A DNA stretch of 63,904 nt, filler included, from Olpidium bornovanus S191 (lineage: Eukaryota; Fungi; Olpidiomycota): the NCBI GenBank assembly GCA_017911155.1. It is 23 parts of 23 records of this genome, joined end to end, with 100 filler letters (N's around TTAATTAATTAA, not from the genome) between each part and the next. Parts side by side here need not be neighbours in the genome. Positions count along the whole stretch, not along the records: positions 1 to 13,820 come from JAEFCI010000502.1; positions 13,921 to 16,880 come from JAEFCI010004681.1; positions 16,981 to 18,778 come from JAEFCI010005075.1; positions 18,879 to 21,390 come from JAEFCI010010240.1; positions 21,491 to 22,738 come from JAEFCI010004022.1; 18 more parts are not named here. The stretch is one strand, 5' to 3'. Position 1 is the first letter of the stretch. Each line of letters opens with the position of its first letter. The notes under the pieces are model-generated. The model worked only from the letters and a program-made list of their open reading frames with translations, did not search any database and was not told where the DNA came from. Below are positions 12,311 through 22,738 of the stretch, piece after piece. The translations under genes and the position numbers were made by a program.

Positions 12311-12564
12311 ATGATGAAGAAAAAGCTTTGGATTTTGTTACTAGCTGGACTTTTCACAGGGGGAGATGCTGCGCTGGCGAGCTCATCTGAGGATAGTTCT
12401 CTATCCGACACGAGTGGTTCGAAGACAGTGATTAAGAAGGCAAAGAAAAAGAAGAAGAAAAAGAGGAAGCACCCAAAAAAGAAGAAAGTGCTACACCTCC
12501 AGCAGAGGCTGAAACAGCAGCTCGACCGGAAACGGCGCCGGCTGGCGAGACTGCCCCACAGTGA
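12311..12564 (+). pseudogene. Bacterial-type small exported basic protein, apparently frameshifted in an A-rich run
   Basis: AGGAG (12303-12307) just before ATG 12311. Signal-peptide-like MMKKKLWILLLAGLFTGGDAALA, then a poly-Lys stretch. A shifted frame gives a natural-looking tail ATPPAEAETAARPETAPAGETAPQ* (TGA 12562-12564); that frameshift is an inference. Confidence 0.5.
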
Positions 12565-12589
12565 TCGATCTGCCCTAGGAGAAGGGCAA

Positions 12590-13303
12590 CACCTTCGCCT
12601 TGATGGTGGGTGATCCGGGACCGTGATTCAAAGTGGTGGTCGGATGAAACCGATGGAAGCTTTTGCGCAAGAGAAAATTCTCACGTTTAACCGGCAAAAC
12701 CCATTTTCACAGACATGCTCCCCTCGCTTTCCTTCTGAGTCTCACAGCAGAGCCGGAGCGTTGGAAAAAAAACCCATCATTTATCTAGCGAATAAAGACG
12801 TAAAAAAACAGCTGAATCTCCCTGAAACGTTCAGTCATTTTTCTGTGGAGCAGTTTCTTTCCAACCCGATTTTTCTTCAATACGCGACTCGGATCCAGCG
12901 TCCCAACACCATCGCCCTTGCAGCTCCTCCAGGAGAACGGGTCGTGAAAGGCAATGCCCGAGAGCAAGAGCTTCGTGCCGTCGTGGATCGAGTTTCCCTT
13001 TTTCATGGACTTGCATCGGCGGAGCTCTGGCGAGTGGTTCCCCAAGAGGAACCTCTCCCCTGGCTTAGCATCCTGGAAATCCAGGGCGGACCAATAGAAG
13101 GGATCAAAAAACACTTCGAAGGCCTCATGTTGGCTTATGCCAATAACGACGCCGTGGCATTTAAAAGAGAGGCATCGCTCTTCAGAAAAGAGGTTGAAAG
13201 CCAAGTGCCAGGCCTTGAGATATGGAAAGGACGTCTGGAAGCTGAAGTGTTCTATTTGCGGTTTAGTCCTTTCCAGAAGGCTTGGATTTTTTATCTCTTG
13301 GCT
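12590..13303 (+). pseudogene. ccsA: Fragment of bacterial cytochrome c biogenesis protein (CcsA/ResC-type, N-terminal extracytoplasmic region plus start of the TM region)
   Basis: Intronless VIQSGGRMKPMEAFAQE resembles the conserved (V/I)Q..GR(M/I)KP..TFA motif of long CcsA proteins. Ends in EVFYLRFSPFQKAWIFYLLA (E..YN...PF..a...Y-like, leading into a TM helix). In-frame TGA at 12611; no C-terminal WAxxSWG heme-handling part. Confidence 0.7.
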
Positions 13304-13820
13304 TCCTTGCACGCCCGCATTATCTGCTCCCCCGCGTTGGGAGGCAACTCCTGCGCCACCGGGTGCACCTTCCTTCCCACGGGCTTGGATAGAGTATTGA
13401 CCCTTGCGTTTTTCCCCTCGTCTTTGTAGGTGCCTTCGACGGCAACCGCAACCTCGTGTTTCCGCTCCGTACTCCCGGTATCGTCATCCAGCCGCCCCCA
13501 ACCGGGACTCAGAAGGCGGCCTGCCGAAAATCCTGCCCGACATCTTGGCTGATTTCCTCCTTCAACGCGTCCGGTACTCTCGTCGGACGATGCTGAAGGT
13601 AAACCCGATGCTTGGGATCCGCGGGATCAACCACACGGAAGCGCACTTTCTTCACCTTGTCCAGAGAAGTTAAATTGTCCAGTCTCCGTCCCGTCATTAT
13701 CCCACTGACTCGTATAGCGCAGCCGGGCTCGCCATGGTTGCCCCAAAATGATATCGTATCCTAGCGTCTGCTGGATGAAGAGGTGATGCCTCGTTTGGAA
13801 ATCCGCGACGGCCAGCGCGA
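13303..13820 (-). mobile_element. Ty3/gypsy-like pol linker fragment abutting the bacterial segment
   Basis: Minus frame VNTLSKPVGRKVHPVAQELPPNAGEQIMRACKE resembles the (Y)KPV.KKV.PV...LP motif upstream of RT in many gypsy-type elements. Confidence 0.5.
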
Positions 13821-13920
13821 NNNNNNNNNNNNNNNNNNNNNNNNNNNNNNNNNNNNNNNNNNNNTTAATTAATTAANNNNNNNNNNNNNNNNNNNNNNNN
13901 NNNNNNNNNNNNNNNNNNNN
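13821..13920. other. Artificial contig spacer N44-TTAATTAATTAA-N44 (first of 22)
   Basis: Stop-in-all-frames linker. The others start at 16881, 18779, 21391, 22739, 24041, 32244, 34652, 38452, 40158, 41798, 43120, 44617, 45889, 47585, 51667, 53485, 55794, 57007, 58969, 60617 and 62775, each 100 nt. Confidence 0.99.
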
Positions 13921-15720
13921 CATGTTGATCAAAGAAGAATAAATGAAAGAAACCAACGGAGCACGGGTGGCAAGTGAATGTGCGGGATGTCTGAATCCAG
14001 GGTCGTTTGCCGCCGCAGAATCCTGTCGGCCACCTTCCTGAGTTTTTGTTTTCGAGAAAACAAAGAGGGGAACTTGTCAAGCCTCTCCACGTGGTGCGTC
14101 AATGGAGAACCGGCTAAGATTAGACGTTTGACTGGAAAAAGCAGTGGGCAATCTCGCTATTGGTCTGCGGGCGATCTGCCAGCAATTTTTTTCCGCAGTC
14201 ACGATATTTACGAGGGCTGCTGAGCGAATGTAGGGCCCCTCTGCCGTCCGCGACCCGCCAGCCGCTTGCGGCACTGCTGCAAGGCCCACCAGCAACAGCA
14301 AAGATATAACGGCAAGTTTTCTTTCGGGCGTCCGATTTGCGTAGTTAGTCGTATTGGCTATCGAAGTACGCCACGGACCTGTATCGCACGCCCTTTACGT
14401 AGTTACGCGTATTGTCACTAGAGTACATTTTGCACCGGGGTAGGTTTGCGTATGCGCGGACGGGAACGCCGTGCGTTGGACTCGGTGCGCTAGACGATTG
14501 CGTCAAAGTGGCACCTTAATTTTCTTGACTCTTCCGCCGTAGTCACGCGGAGCTGTCACCCATGCGGAACTCCGTCCAAAATTCTGGTGCTTCCGCCGAA
14601 AGATCGCGCGCTCTCAAGTGACGGTACGGCTGGCCGGGTCGCGTTTCATGTAGAGACCTCGATCTCCGCGGGGAAAGCAGCGCCCGAAAGACGGGCTTGT
14701 CGACGGCGTTGGCCATTGTGGCGTTCAAGGGCCTCCGGGATATCCTCGCCGAAACACATAGGTGTCATCCTTCTCGGTGGCATTTTTTTTTCCCGCGAGA
14801 TCACTTGACGGCGCGCGCGTGCTCTGTGCGGACGAAAAGCCGACGGGACAGCAGAGGTTCATGCGGGGTGGCAAATCGACGTGTCAGGGGAGGACGCGTT
14901 CAATGGTGTCGGTGTCGCAAATTGAGGTTTTCGCCTGGGGATGCCGGGGACGTAACTTGACTGGCCAGCCTGCGCGGAGCTCGCGCCTGTAAGGTTGATC
15001 CCGTTTATCGCAAAAAACAAAAAAAAAAAAAAAAAAAACTTTCTCTACAGCGGAATAAAGGGAAAGTCATCGAACGTAGCGCCTCGACGCTCGACGAAGG
15101 CCGAAACCGGAGCAATTGACCTCGATGACAAGATTCCGATTCGGAAACTTCTTGGCATCCGACGCGTGGCCTCTCGACCCTTTCCGTGTCGTCAGATGTG
15201 CCGACTTCACTCGCGAAGAGGAACACGCTCGCAAATTGCCATCGATCACACAGAAAGGGCTGTTCCAACTTACGGCCGCACCGTTTGGAGGAAAGGGCGC
15301 CGGCCGTTTTGACGGCAAACTCCCTCGAACAGCGCAATTGCTTTCTTTATTGAGGCCGCCGTCTATCATCCTGGCCTGTTTGACTTTGCCGGGTCACTGC
15401 TGACCTCGCATGAAGCCATTGTATGGCAGCAACGTTTTGCCTACGTTCTTCGACAAAGACCTCGCGCTCGCCAGAACTGCATCGCGTCCAGGGCGCGCGA
15501 GTTCACGTGGACTCACGTGTCTCGTTTTGAAACCGGCATCTGCGGACGCACCACCCAACCTTGCCAAGCGGCGTGACGCCCCCGGCGAGCGGCAGCACGG
15601 TCGCGGCCCTGCAAACTTCCCCCCGCCCCCCCTCCCGCCCCTCCGCACTGGCGCGCGGAACAGGCTCAGCGCGCAGAACACGGCCACCTGCGGCCCTCCC
15701 GTCGGTGCAGAAGATATTTA

Positions 15721-16509
15721 ATGCCAACGGTTCAGGTGTACGGCTCGTCGGTGTCAGCCAGCGTCCAGGTACGCGCGCCGCCCTCTGGGAGCGGTCGCGC
15801 GGGCCGCAGGCGCGAGGGGGGGGGAGGGGAACTGGAGAGGGGACTTTTGACGGGTGTCGCCCTGCCCTGCGCCGACAAACTCTCCGGCCAGCTGCTTTTG
15901 TCGTGTGCCTAACGAGCTGTTTTTCCGGCGGTTCTCTACACGGGCGCAGATCAGGAAGGCGCAGCAGAAGATCGACGACTACCTTAAAGGTACCACAGAG
16001 GCGACCCCCCGCTTGGCCCCCGCGGAAGGGAGCTATGTCGTCGTTTTTTTGTTGTTGTTGTTGTTGTTGTTGTTTGGTGGCTGGCGCGAACCGTTTTGAG
16101 CGCGCTGCCTGTACAGCTTTTCGTCTCTTCACCGCGTTCCGTCCCGGCGTGGCGCGACCGTCCTGAACCCAAATTTCTGACCCCGCCCGCGATCATCGTC
16201 GGCGGATCGAGCAGTGAACAACATTCCTCACGAGTTCTTCGACGTCGCTGCGGACGAAGACGCCAAAGATTACATGAGGTCAAAGAACAGCGGGAAGCCG
16301 GGGCTTCCGCAGATATTTGTCGAGGGAGAATTTGTCGGGGTCAGTTCGACAGGAAGGAGAGGAAGGAAACGTGTCCGGGAGGCGTCTCGCCGCGAAAGAA
16401 ACTGCTGAGATTCAGCGGTCTCGACTCGTCCTTGCCCTAGTTGTTTGAGGACTTCGAGAATGCCCTTGAAGACGGCATGGCGAAAAAGTTTCTTAGGCAG
16501 GCGACCTAG
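15721..16509 (+). CDS. SH3BGR-like (glutaredoxin-fold) protein, 4 exons (15721-15768, 15950-15989, 16215-16339, 16441-16509)
   Basis: Spliced: MPTVQVYGSSVSASVQIRKAQQKIDDYLKVNNIPHEFFDVAADEDAKDYMRSKNSGKPGLPQIFVEGEFVGLFEDFENALEDGMAKKFLRQAT*. Matches the SH3BGR pattern, lacks CxxC, and all introns are GT-AG. Confidence 0.88.
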
Positions 16510-17249
16510 ACGAGTGTCAGGACTTCTGCTGAAGTTATTTTGGGCGGCCACTAGTGGCTACGGCTGCCAGCGACGAAGGGAATGTTCGAAGTCACGCGGA
16601 AAGAACGGGGATTCTTTACGGTCCTCGAAAATTTGGAGCGTTGTTTGAAGCAATACGATTGAAGTCTGCCGCGCAGGGACGCTCACCTGTATAGCCGGAC
16701 TTGGCCTTGCAGCTAGGAGGACAGCGTGATGATTCCCGTTTGCGAATCCGCTCGCGGCCCATGCGATTTTCGGTCGATTTTTACGCCGTATGCCGTCAGC
16801 ACATAACCCCGCTACAGGTTCTTGTCCGCAATGTCCACCCGCTTCACTACCAGTTGGATCGACTGGCAACGTGCCAATTCNNNNNNNNNNNNNNNNNNNN
16901 NNNNNNNNNNNNNNNNNNNNNNNNTTAATTAATTAANNNNNNNNNNNNNNNNNNNNNNNNNNNNNNNNNNNNNNNNNNNNCAAAGGAAAGGAAAACTACG
17001 GAGTGCTCTGTTGTTTTTAGGGGGGGGGGGGGGTTTTTGCCTACGCCAGGGCTCGCCCGCTGCTCGGCTGCGGGCGGCAGAGCGAAACTTCTCCGACACC
17101 GGAGCGGTGGAGGCAATCGTGATCAGCGCCTCGCCCTCTGAAGAAGTTATTGTTGGTTGTGATGGTCCTTGGGCGTGAAGAATGACCAGAGCGCGATGGG
17201 CGGCTGCGGCCTTGGGAAGTACTTTGGTCAGTGGGAATGTAACGTGAGC

Positions 17250-17960
17250 CGGCAATGTGGGCTGATGGCCGAACCCTTTCTTGGGTGTGGCTAGATTCCC
17301 AAGTCCCTGAAGGGGGCCCGAGTGCGGGACTGAGTCACTGCTTCATACTGGAGGACAGCCCGCTGGCAGCGCTCGAGGGTGGATGTGTTATCAGGGACGG
17401 CGGCTATCGCACGCCGCATCTCGTCTTGCAGACCATCCATGTACGCGACGAGCAGTGCTGTCATTCGGAGTTCACCTCGCAACTGGGCAACCAAGAGATT
17501 AAACTGGACCGTGTAAGCTTTGGCGGTTGTTGTCTGTCAAAGTTGCAGGAGCTTGCGGCTTGCCTCCTCAACCTCTTGATGTCCATGATCGAAATGGAAG
17601 CGAGGGGGGGTTTTCATCCCTGCCCACGACGGGTCGCCGCCTGCATCAAGGGGTGCATACCAGAGCGCCTCCGGTGTTTTGAGCAGCTTGTTGGCGACAA
17701 GATGAGGTTGGAATGGGGCAGAGGTCGAGGCGAGAGTGAAGTAAGCATCAAGTTTGCGTTCCCGAAAGCATTTGCCGTAGGGCAATCTAAGCGATAATGG
17801 GCCCCCGTTGCCATCAAATTTCTCAATCTCCGAAAGCATTTGCCGTAGGGCAATCTAAGCGATAATGGGGCCCCGTTGCCATCAAACTTCTCAATCTCCG
17901 AAAGCATTTGCCGTAGGGCGCAACATCGTCGTGGGATGAGAACGGCGGCACTGCAGGAGG
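17250..17960 (-). mobile_element. Ty3/gypsy gag relic (Retrotrans_gag-like)
   Basis: EKFDGNG...EALWY...PSWAGMK...EEASRKLLQL*QTTTAKAYTVQFNLLVAQL...LLVAYMDGLQDEMR. Confidence 0.8.
17762..17919 (+). repeat. 68-bp tandem repeat, about 2.3 copies, inside the gag relic
   Basis: ccgaaagcatttgccgtagggc... starts at 17762, 17830 and 17898. Confidence 0.9.
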
Positions 17961-18593
17961 GGGAGGTGTATCATGTCCCAGGGTGCCGTATAGGCCTTGT
18001 AGGGCGTTGTAGATGGTTTCCCCGTCCGGAAATCTTCAAAATCTGAGCCAGGGAAGGTCGTAGCGAGGCGGTGCAGAGTCGAGAAGATAGCTGTTTAAAT
18101 CGTGTCTTGTTCTTTCCTTTGTCGGGGGGGGGGGGGGTCCGGGTCGACAATCTCGCGCTCTCCGTCGCATTCATTGGCAAAAGACATGGCTTAACCGAAG
18201 TTGTCGCGGGGCTTAGGGCCACCGCGAGCGCAGCGGCGGAGAAGCGGTCGGTGAGCGGCGCGGCGGCCGGAATACGGCTGCGGCGCCGGCGGCGGCGACG
18301 GCCGTTGACGCGTCAAAAACGGGAAGGGAAGGTGCGTCCCGTTGGGCTGCGATGAGCGGCGGCGGCCGGTGAGCGGCGGCGGCGGCGGAGCGGCGGCGGC
18401 GGCTCGGGCTGCGGCAGCTGTGTGTAGGCGTCGGCGGCGGGAAAGATGGCGGCGGCGGCGGCGAGCGGCCGGTGAGCGGCGGCTGGGAAGATGGCGGCGG
18501 CGGAGCGCAGCGGCGACGGAGCGCAAGGAGGGGAGCTCGGGGGGGGGGGGGGGGGGGGGGGGGCCGGGGGCGGGGGGGGGGGGGGGGGAAAGG

Positions 18594-18690
18594 TGTAACG
18601 TAGAGTACGCGTAAAAAAAACAACGAAACCCGAACACCACACGAGAATAAAACTTGGGTTCCCAATTCGACGTTTTGCCGGCATATTACA
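18594..18690 (-). mobile_element. Putative 97-bp LTR (TGTAA...TTACA)
   Basis: 5-bp terminal inverted repeat TGTAA/TTACA. On the minus strand it is directly preceded by the purine tract AGGGGAAAGGGGGACGGGGG. Confidence 0.55.
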
Positions 18691-18878
18691 CCCCCGTCCC
18701 CCCTTTCCCCCTCCCTCGCTCCCCCTTTCCTGGTGCCCCGCTTGCGCGTAGTCCAGGACAATTTCCCGGAATGTCCTGNNNNNNNNNNNNNNNNNNNNNN
18801 NNNNNNNNNNNNNNNNNNNNNNTTAATTAATTAANNNNNNNNNNNNNNNNNNNNNNNNNNNNNNNNNNNNNNNNNNNN

Positions 18879-20166
18879 CATGGTTGGACCGGCCGGGGAA
18901 GAGAGAGACGACATCGGCAGGGTCGACGTGACGCCCGCTACGGTTCACGTTGACGATCTTCTCCATTATGTGTAACTCGTATGACGTCCAACTCGGGTCT
19001 CCAGGTGGCAGCCAGGAAGGCTGCTTATCCAGCTCGTAGTTTGGGGCGGCTTTATGCCGGCCCGCGAGAAATTTCAGCGCGTAGCGGTACCGACTGATGC
19101 ATTGAATCCTCGTCCTGCGTCCGCCGAACGCCGACGCTATCGTGTCCCATCGGCCGCAACCGTAAAATTCAACCAGTCGCATGAGAAGGATGTGCTCTCG
19201 ACGTGTCCACACGCCGCTTTTTCGTCCATCTCTCTGAGCATTCGCCTCCAGTTGCCGCTTTATTTGGCCGTGGTCATCTGGCACGAAGCGACCGAACATT
19301 GTGCTGGAGTTCTCCGCCAGCGCGAGACCATTCAAATCGCAGCCGGCGTACGACACGCGATTCGGTTCGAGGATATTCATTAGCCGAGCTCGTACCGAAT
19401 AAGGTGACCGGTTCAACCTGGCTCCTATCCGTTTCCAGTTGTTGCCAGATGCTATCACCATATACTGGATCATCCGGTCCTCCGCTGGGGAGAATTTGCC
19501 TTGCTTGAGAGGCGGCTTCTCCGCTGCTTCACCCGTAGATGCCACTTGCTGCATGGGTACGACGACCAAAGCCTCGGCGACATCGGCGGCCGAAACGTGC
19601 GGAACGCCGGGCGCATCCTTCAAAGCCAGAACAGCATTTAGGCAAACTTCACCCGTGGACGCCACCTGATGCGTCGATTGGACAACCACATCCCCGGCGG
19701 TTCTACCGTTGTCCAAGACGCTAGACGCCAAAACGCGCGGAACGCCGGACCTGTCGCCCGACGTCGGAACATCCTTGCGACTAGAGGCCTCAGGTAGATC
19801 GTCGACGCGACTCTCTTTGCGCCGCGGACGGAATCGCACGACGGGCGCGGACACCTGCGCGGCGCTCGGGAACAAGAAGTTTAAGTCGCCAATCAAACTT
19901 GGTTCGGCCGCGACCGTCGGGGCTTTGGTGGTCGGGACGCAGGCCGCAACCGCAGGCACGCAGGGCGGCGCAGCGCAACCGACCGGCGGTGCGGCGGCCC
20001 CGACGAAGGGGGACGGGCCACAGCGCAGCGGATTCCGCTGGCGGTCGCAATCGACCTCGCGAGCGGCCGTCGGCGCGACAACGAGAGGGGCCGGGGCGGC
20101 GGCGGCCGGCGGCGCGCGGCGAACTGCGCGGGCTGCCGCGGCCGTTGGGCGAGCGCGCGCCGACAT
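18879..20166 (-). CDS. Multi-repeat Myb/SANT DNA-binding protein, 3' truncated by contig end
   Basis: KQGKFSPAEDRMIQYMVIASGNNWKRIGARLNRSPYSVRARLMNILEP; KSGVWTRREHILLMRLVEFYGCGRWDTIASAFGGRRTRIQCISRYRYAL; start of a third repeat WTSYELHIM...LFPGRS. Start at MSARAR (20166) is inferred. Confidence 0.85.
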
Positions 20167-20444
20167 GCGAGAGAGCGAGTGGCGGCGAGGATCGAGGAAG
20201 GCGGCGGGGAGAAGGCGGCGGGGAGAAGGCGGCGCCGCGCGTTCCGCGTTTCCGCTTTTTCGAGGAAAGAATGAGGTGTTCCGTTGCGGGGGTGCGGCGG
20301 AGGAATTTCTGCCCGGCGTGTGCGCATGAAAATTGTCGGATTTCCGCAAAAACATTTTTCTTTCTTTTTGCACTGTGTCTCTCTTTGGTGCGCTGCGCGC
20401 AAGCATTCGCCAAACCGCGTGACCGTGCCAAACCACGTCGACGA

Positions 20445-21390
20445 AGTGCTTAAGAAGGGAATTCAGGTAGGCCGTACAGACATCGGCCTGCAAGCAGTGC
20501 CACATGAGCAGGGTCACGATCGCGATGAAGAGGCGCAACGCGACGTGTGAAACGAGGGGCGCAAAGGTATCGTCGTAATCGTCGCCGTGAACTTGGGTGA
20601 ATCCACGGGCAACGTAGCGACACTTGTACTTGTCGATTGTCCCGTCGGGCTTCATCTTCTTTTTGAAGACCCACTTCCCATCGATGACGTTGGCGCCAGC
20701 GGGAAGGTCTCTCTGGTGGATGTACGACCAGGTGTCATTTGCGATGAGACTGGCGTACTCCTTGTTCATCGCGGCAATCCATTTCAGCAGCCTCGGGGCC
20801 GTTCACGGCTTCGTCGTACGAAGTGGGCTCCGGTGGTAGATGTAGTGATGGCGCGAGGGTCGCACCTGCCGTGTACACAGTCGCCAACTCCTCGTGGAGC
20901 GGCATTGAGTGAGCGGCAGCGGGGCAAGCAGTGTCAACGGGATCGGGATCGGCGCGCCGCGCGGTACAGGTGGCGTTGGTGCCAACCTCCGCAGCGAGGG
21001 CGGCCAGAGTCTCATCGATTGGGATCCTGTGCGTGCGCTCATAATGGTGTAAGATCTTGGGGGCCGACTTGAGGCTCTCACGGGACTGCCAAGTGTCGTC
21101 ATCGGGACCGTATCCTCGCCAGCGAACTAGGTATTCACGGGTACCCGCTTTCGAGCGATGCTTGATGGTCTTGCTGACTTCGAACTCTTCGCCGCCGGCG
21201 GCGTCGTCGGCATCGAGGGGAACGTCGGGATCGACGACTTGTGGATTGAAGCGCCGATGTTCATCGAAGGACGTCCTTACGTTCGACGACTTCGTCCTTG
21301 CGCGGGTCCCACAAGCGCCAGGCCTTGCTAGTGGTCGAGTAGCCGATCATGATCATGATCTCCGCTGAGGGCTGCAGCTTGCGCGGCGCC
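20445..21390 (-). mobile_element. Ty1/copia pol fragment (post-integrase domain plus N-terminal RT), truncated at the Myb 5' region
   Basis: APRKLQPSAEIMIMIGYSTTSKAWRLWDPRKDEVVERKDV; AMNKEYASLIANDTW...KWVFKKKMKPDGTIDKYKCRYVARGFTQVHGDDYDDTFAP...QADVCTAYLNS. Confidence 0.93.
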
Positions 21391-21490
21391 NNNNNNNNNN
21401 NNNNNNNNNNNNNNNNNNNNNNNNNNNNNNNNNNTTAATTAATTAANNNNNNNNNNNNNNNNNNNNNNNNNNNNNNNNNNNNNNNNNNNN

Positions 21491-21744
21491 AATTCGGAAA
21501 CCGGCAAAAGTCAGGGCGCGGCGAACGCGGACGACGATGAGGTGTACGTGTGGCTGGATTGGTTGATGCCGAAGCCCGAGGTGGCGGCCAGGAAAGCAAA
21601 GCAGAACCATGCTCTCGGGCGGGAGCAAAAAAAAACGGGTCCGTTTCCGGTCGGGGGCGGGCGACCCGCAGGCTCTTCAGCCTCCCGCGGATCCTCTCTT
21701 GTTTGTGGGATGCGTTGCGCGGGCGCGCGTGCGCCTGTGGCGGG

Positions 21745-21793
<49 letters not shown>

Positions 21794-22435
21794 CTTCCTC
21801 CTCACCCGCCCCGCCCCGGGGCCGGGCCGGGGAAGGAGGAGGAGGAAAACGCCGGACCTCATCTCCTCTCCGACCCCGGCACCGGGTCGATCACCTTTTC
21901 CCCTTCCCTTGCCCGCGGACTACCCGCAAACACGATCCAGAACACGATCCGCACCGCCGTCGAGCCACACGCCTCCCGACCTCGCCGTTCGCGGGCTGGC
22001 CGAGGGAGTGTGGGGGACGAAGAGGAGGAAACGGCCGAAGCCGCCCGCGGCCCGGACGATTCCCCCCACTCTCCTCCGCCTTTCCCCCTTCCCCCCCCCC
22101 CCCCCGCGCGCGCGCGCGCGCGCGGGGGGGGGGGGGGGAAGGGGGAAAGGCGGAGGAGAGTGGGGGGAATCGTCCGGGCCGCGGGCGGCTTCGGCCGTTT
22201 CCTCCTCTTCGTCCCCCACACTCCCTCGGCCAGCCCGCGAACGGCGAGGTCGGGAGGCGTGTGGCTCGACGGCGGTGCGGATCGTGTTCTGGATCGTGTT
22301 TGCGGGTAGTCCGCGGGCAAGGGAAGGGGAAAAGGTGATCGACCCGGTGCCGGGGTCGGAGAGGAGATGAGGTCCGGCGTTTTCCTCCTCCTCCTTCCCC
22401 GGCCCGGCCCCGGGGCGGGGCGGGTGAGGAGGAAG

Positions 22436-22484
<49 letters not shown>

Positions 22485-22738
22485 CCCGCCACAGGCGCAC
22501 GCGCGCCCGCGCAACGCATCCCACAAACAAGAGAGGATCCGCGGGAGGCTGAAGAGCCTGCGGGTCGCCCGCCCCCGACCGGAAACGGACCCGTTTTTTT
22601 TTGCTCCCGCCCGAGAGCATGGTTCTGCTTTGCTTTCCTGGCCGCCACCTCGGGCTTCGGCATCAACCAATCCAGCCACACGTACACCTCATCGTCGTCC
22701 GCGTTCGCCGCGCCCTGACTTTTGCCGGTTTCCGAATT
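21491..22738. repeat. Whole contig is a loop-less palindrome (two 624-bp arms) centred on C15-(GC)n-G15 at 22114/22115
   Basis: Identical mirrored ORFs on both strands in the ORF track (e.g. 21542-22309+ and 21920-22687-). Ends read aattcggaaa... and ...tttccgaatt. Confidence 0.95.

Noticed and set aside
13865-13876. TTAATTAATTAA motif recurring 22 times as a possible biological repeat or CRISPR-like unit
   Set aside because: Always centred in a 100-nt N block; it is a standard stop-in-six-frames concatenation linker.
14330-14470. ACGCGT (MCB-like) cell-cycle boxes here and at 58 and 35030
   Set aside because: A CG-rich hexamer is expected often in this genome and is not clearly tied to S-phase genes.
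21542-22687. 250-aa ORFs in the palindromic contig (VYVWLDW resembling the MetRS YVWxDA motif)
   Set aside because: Mostly microsatellite and homopolymer translation; the motif match is too short.
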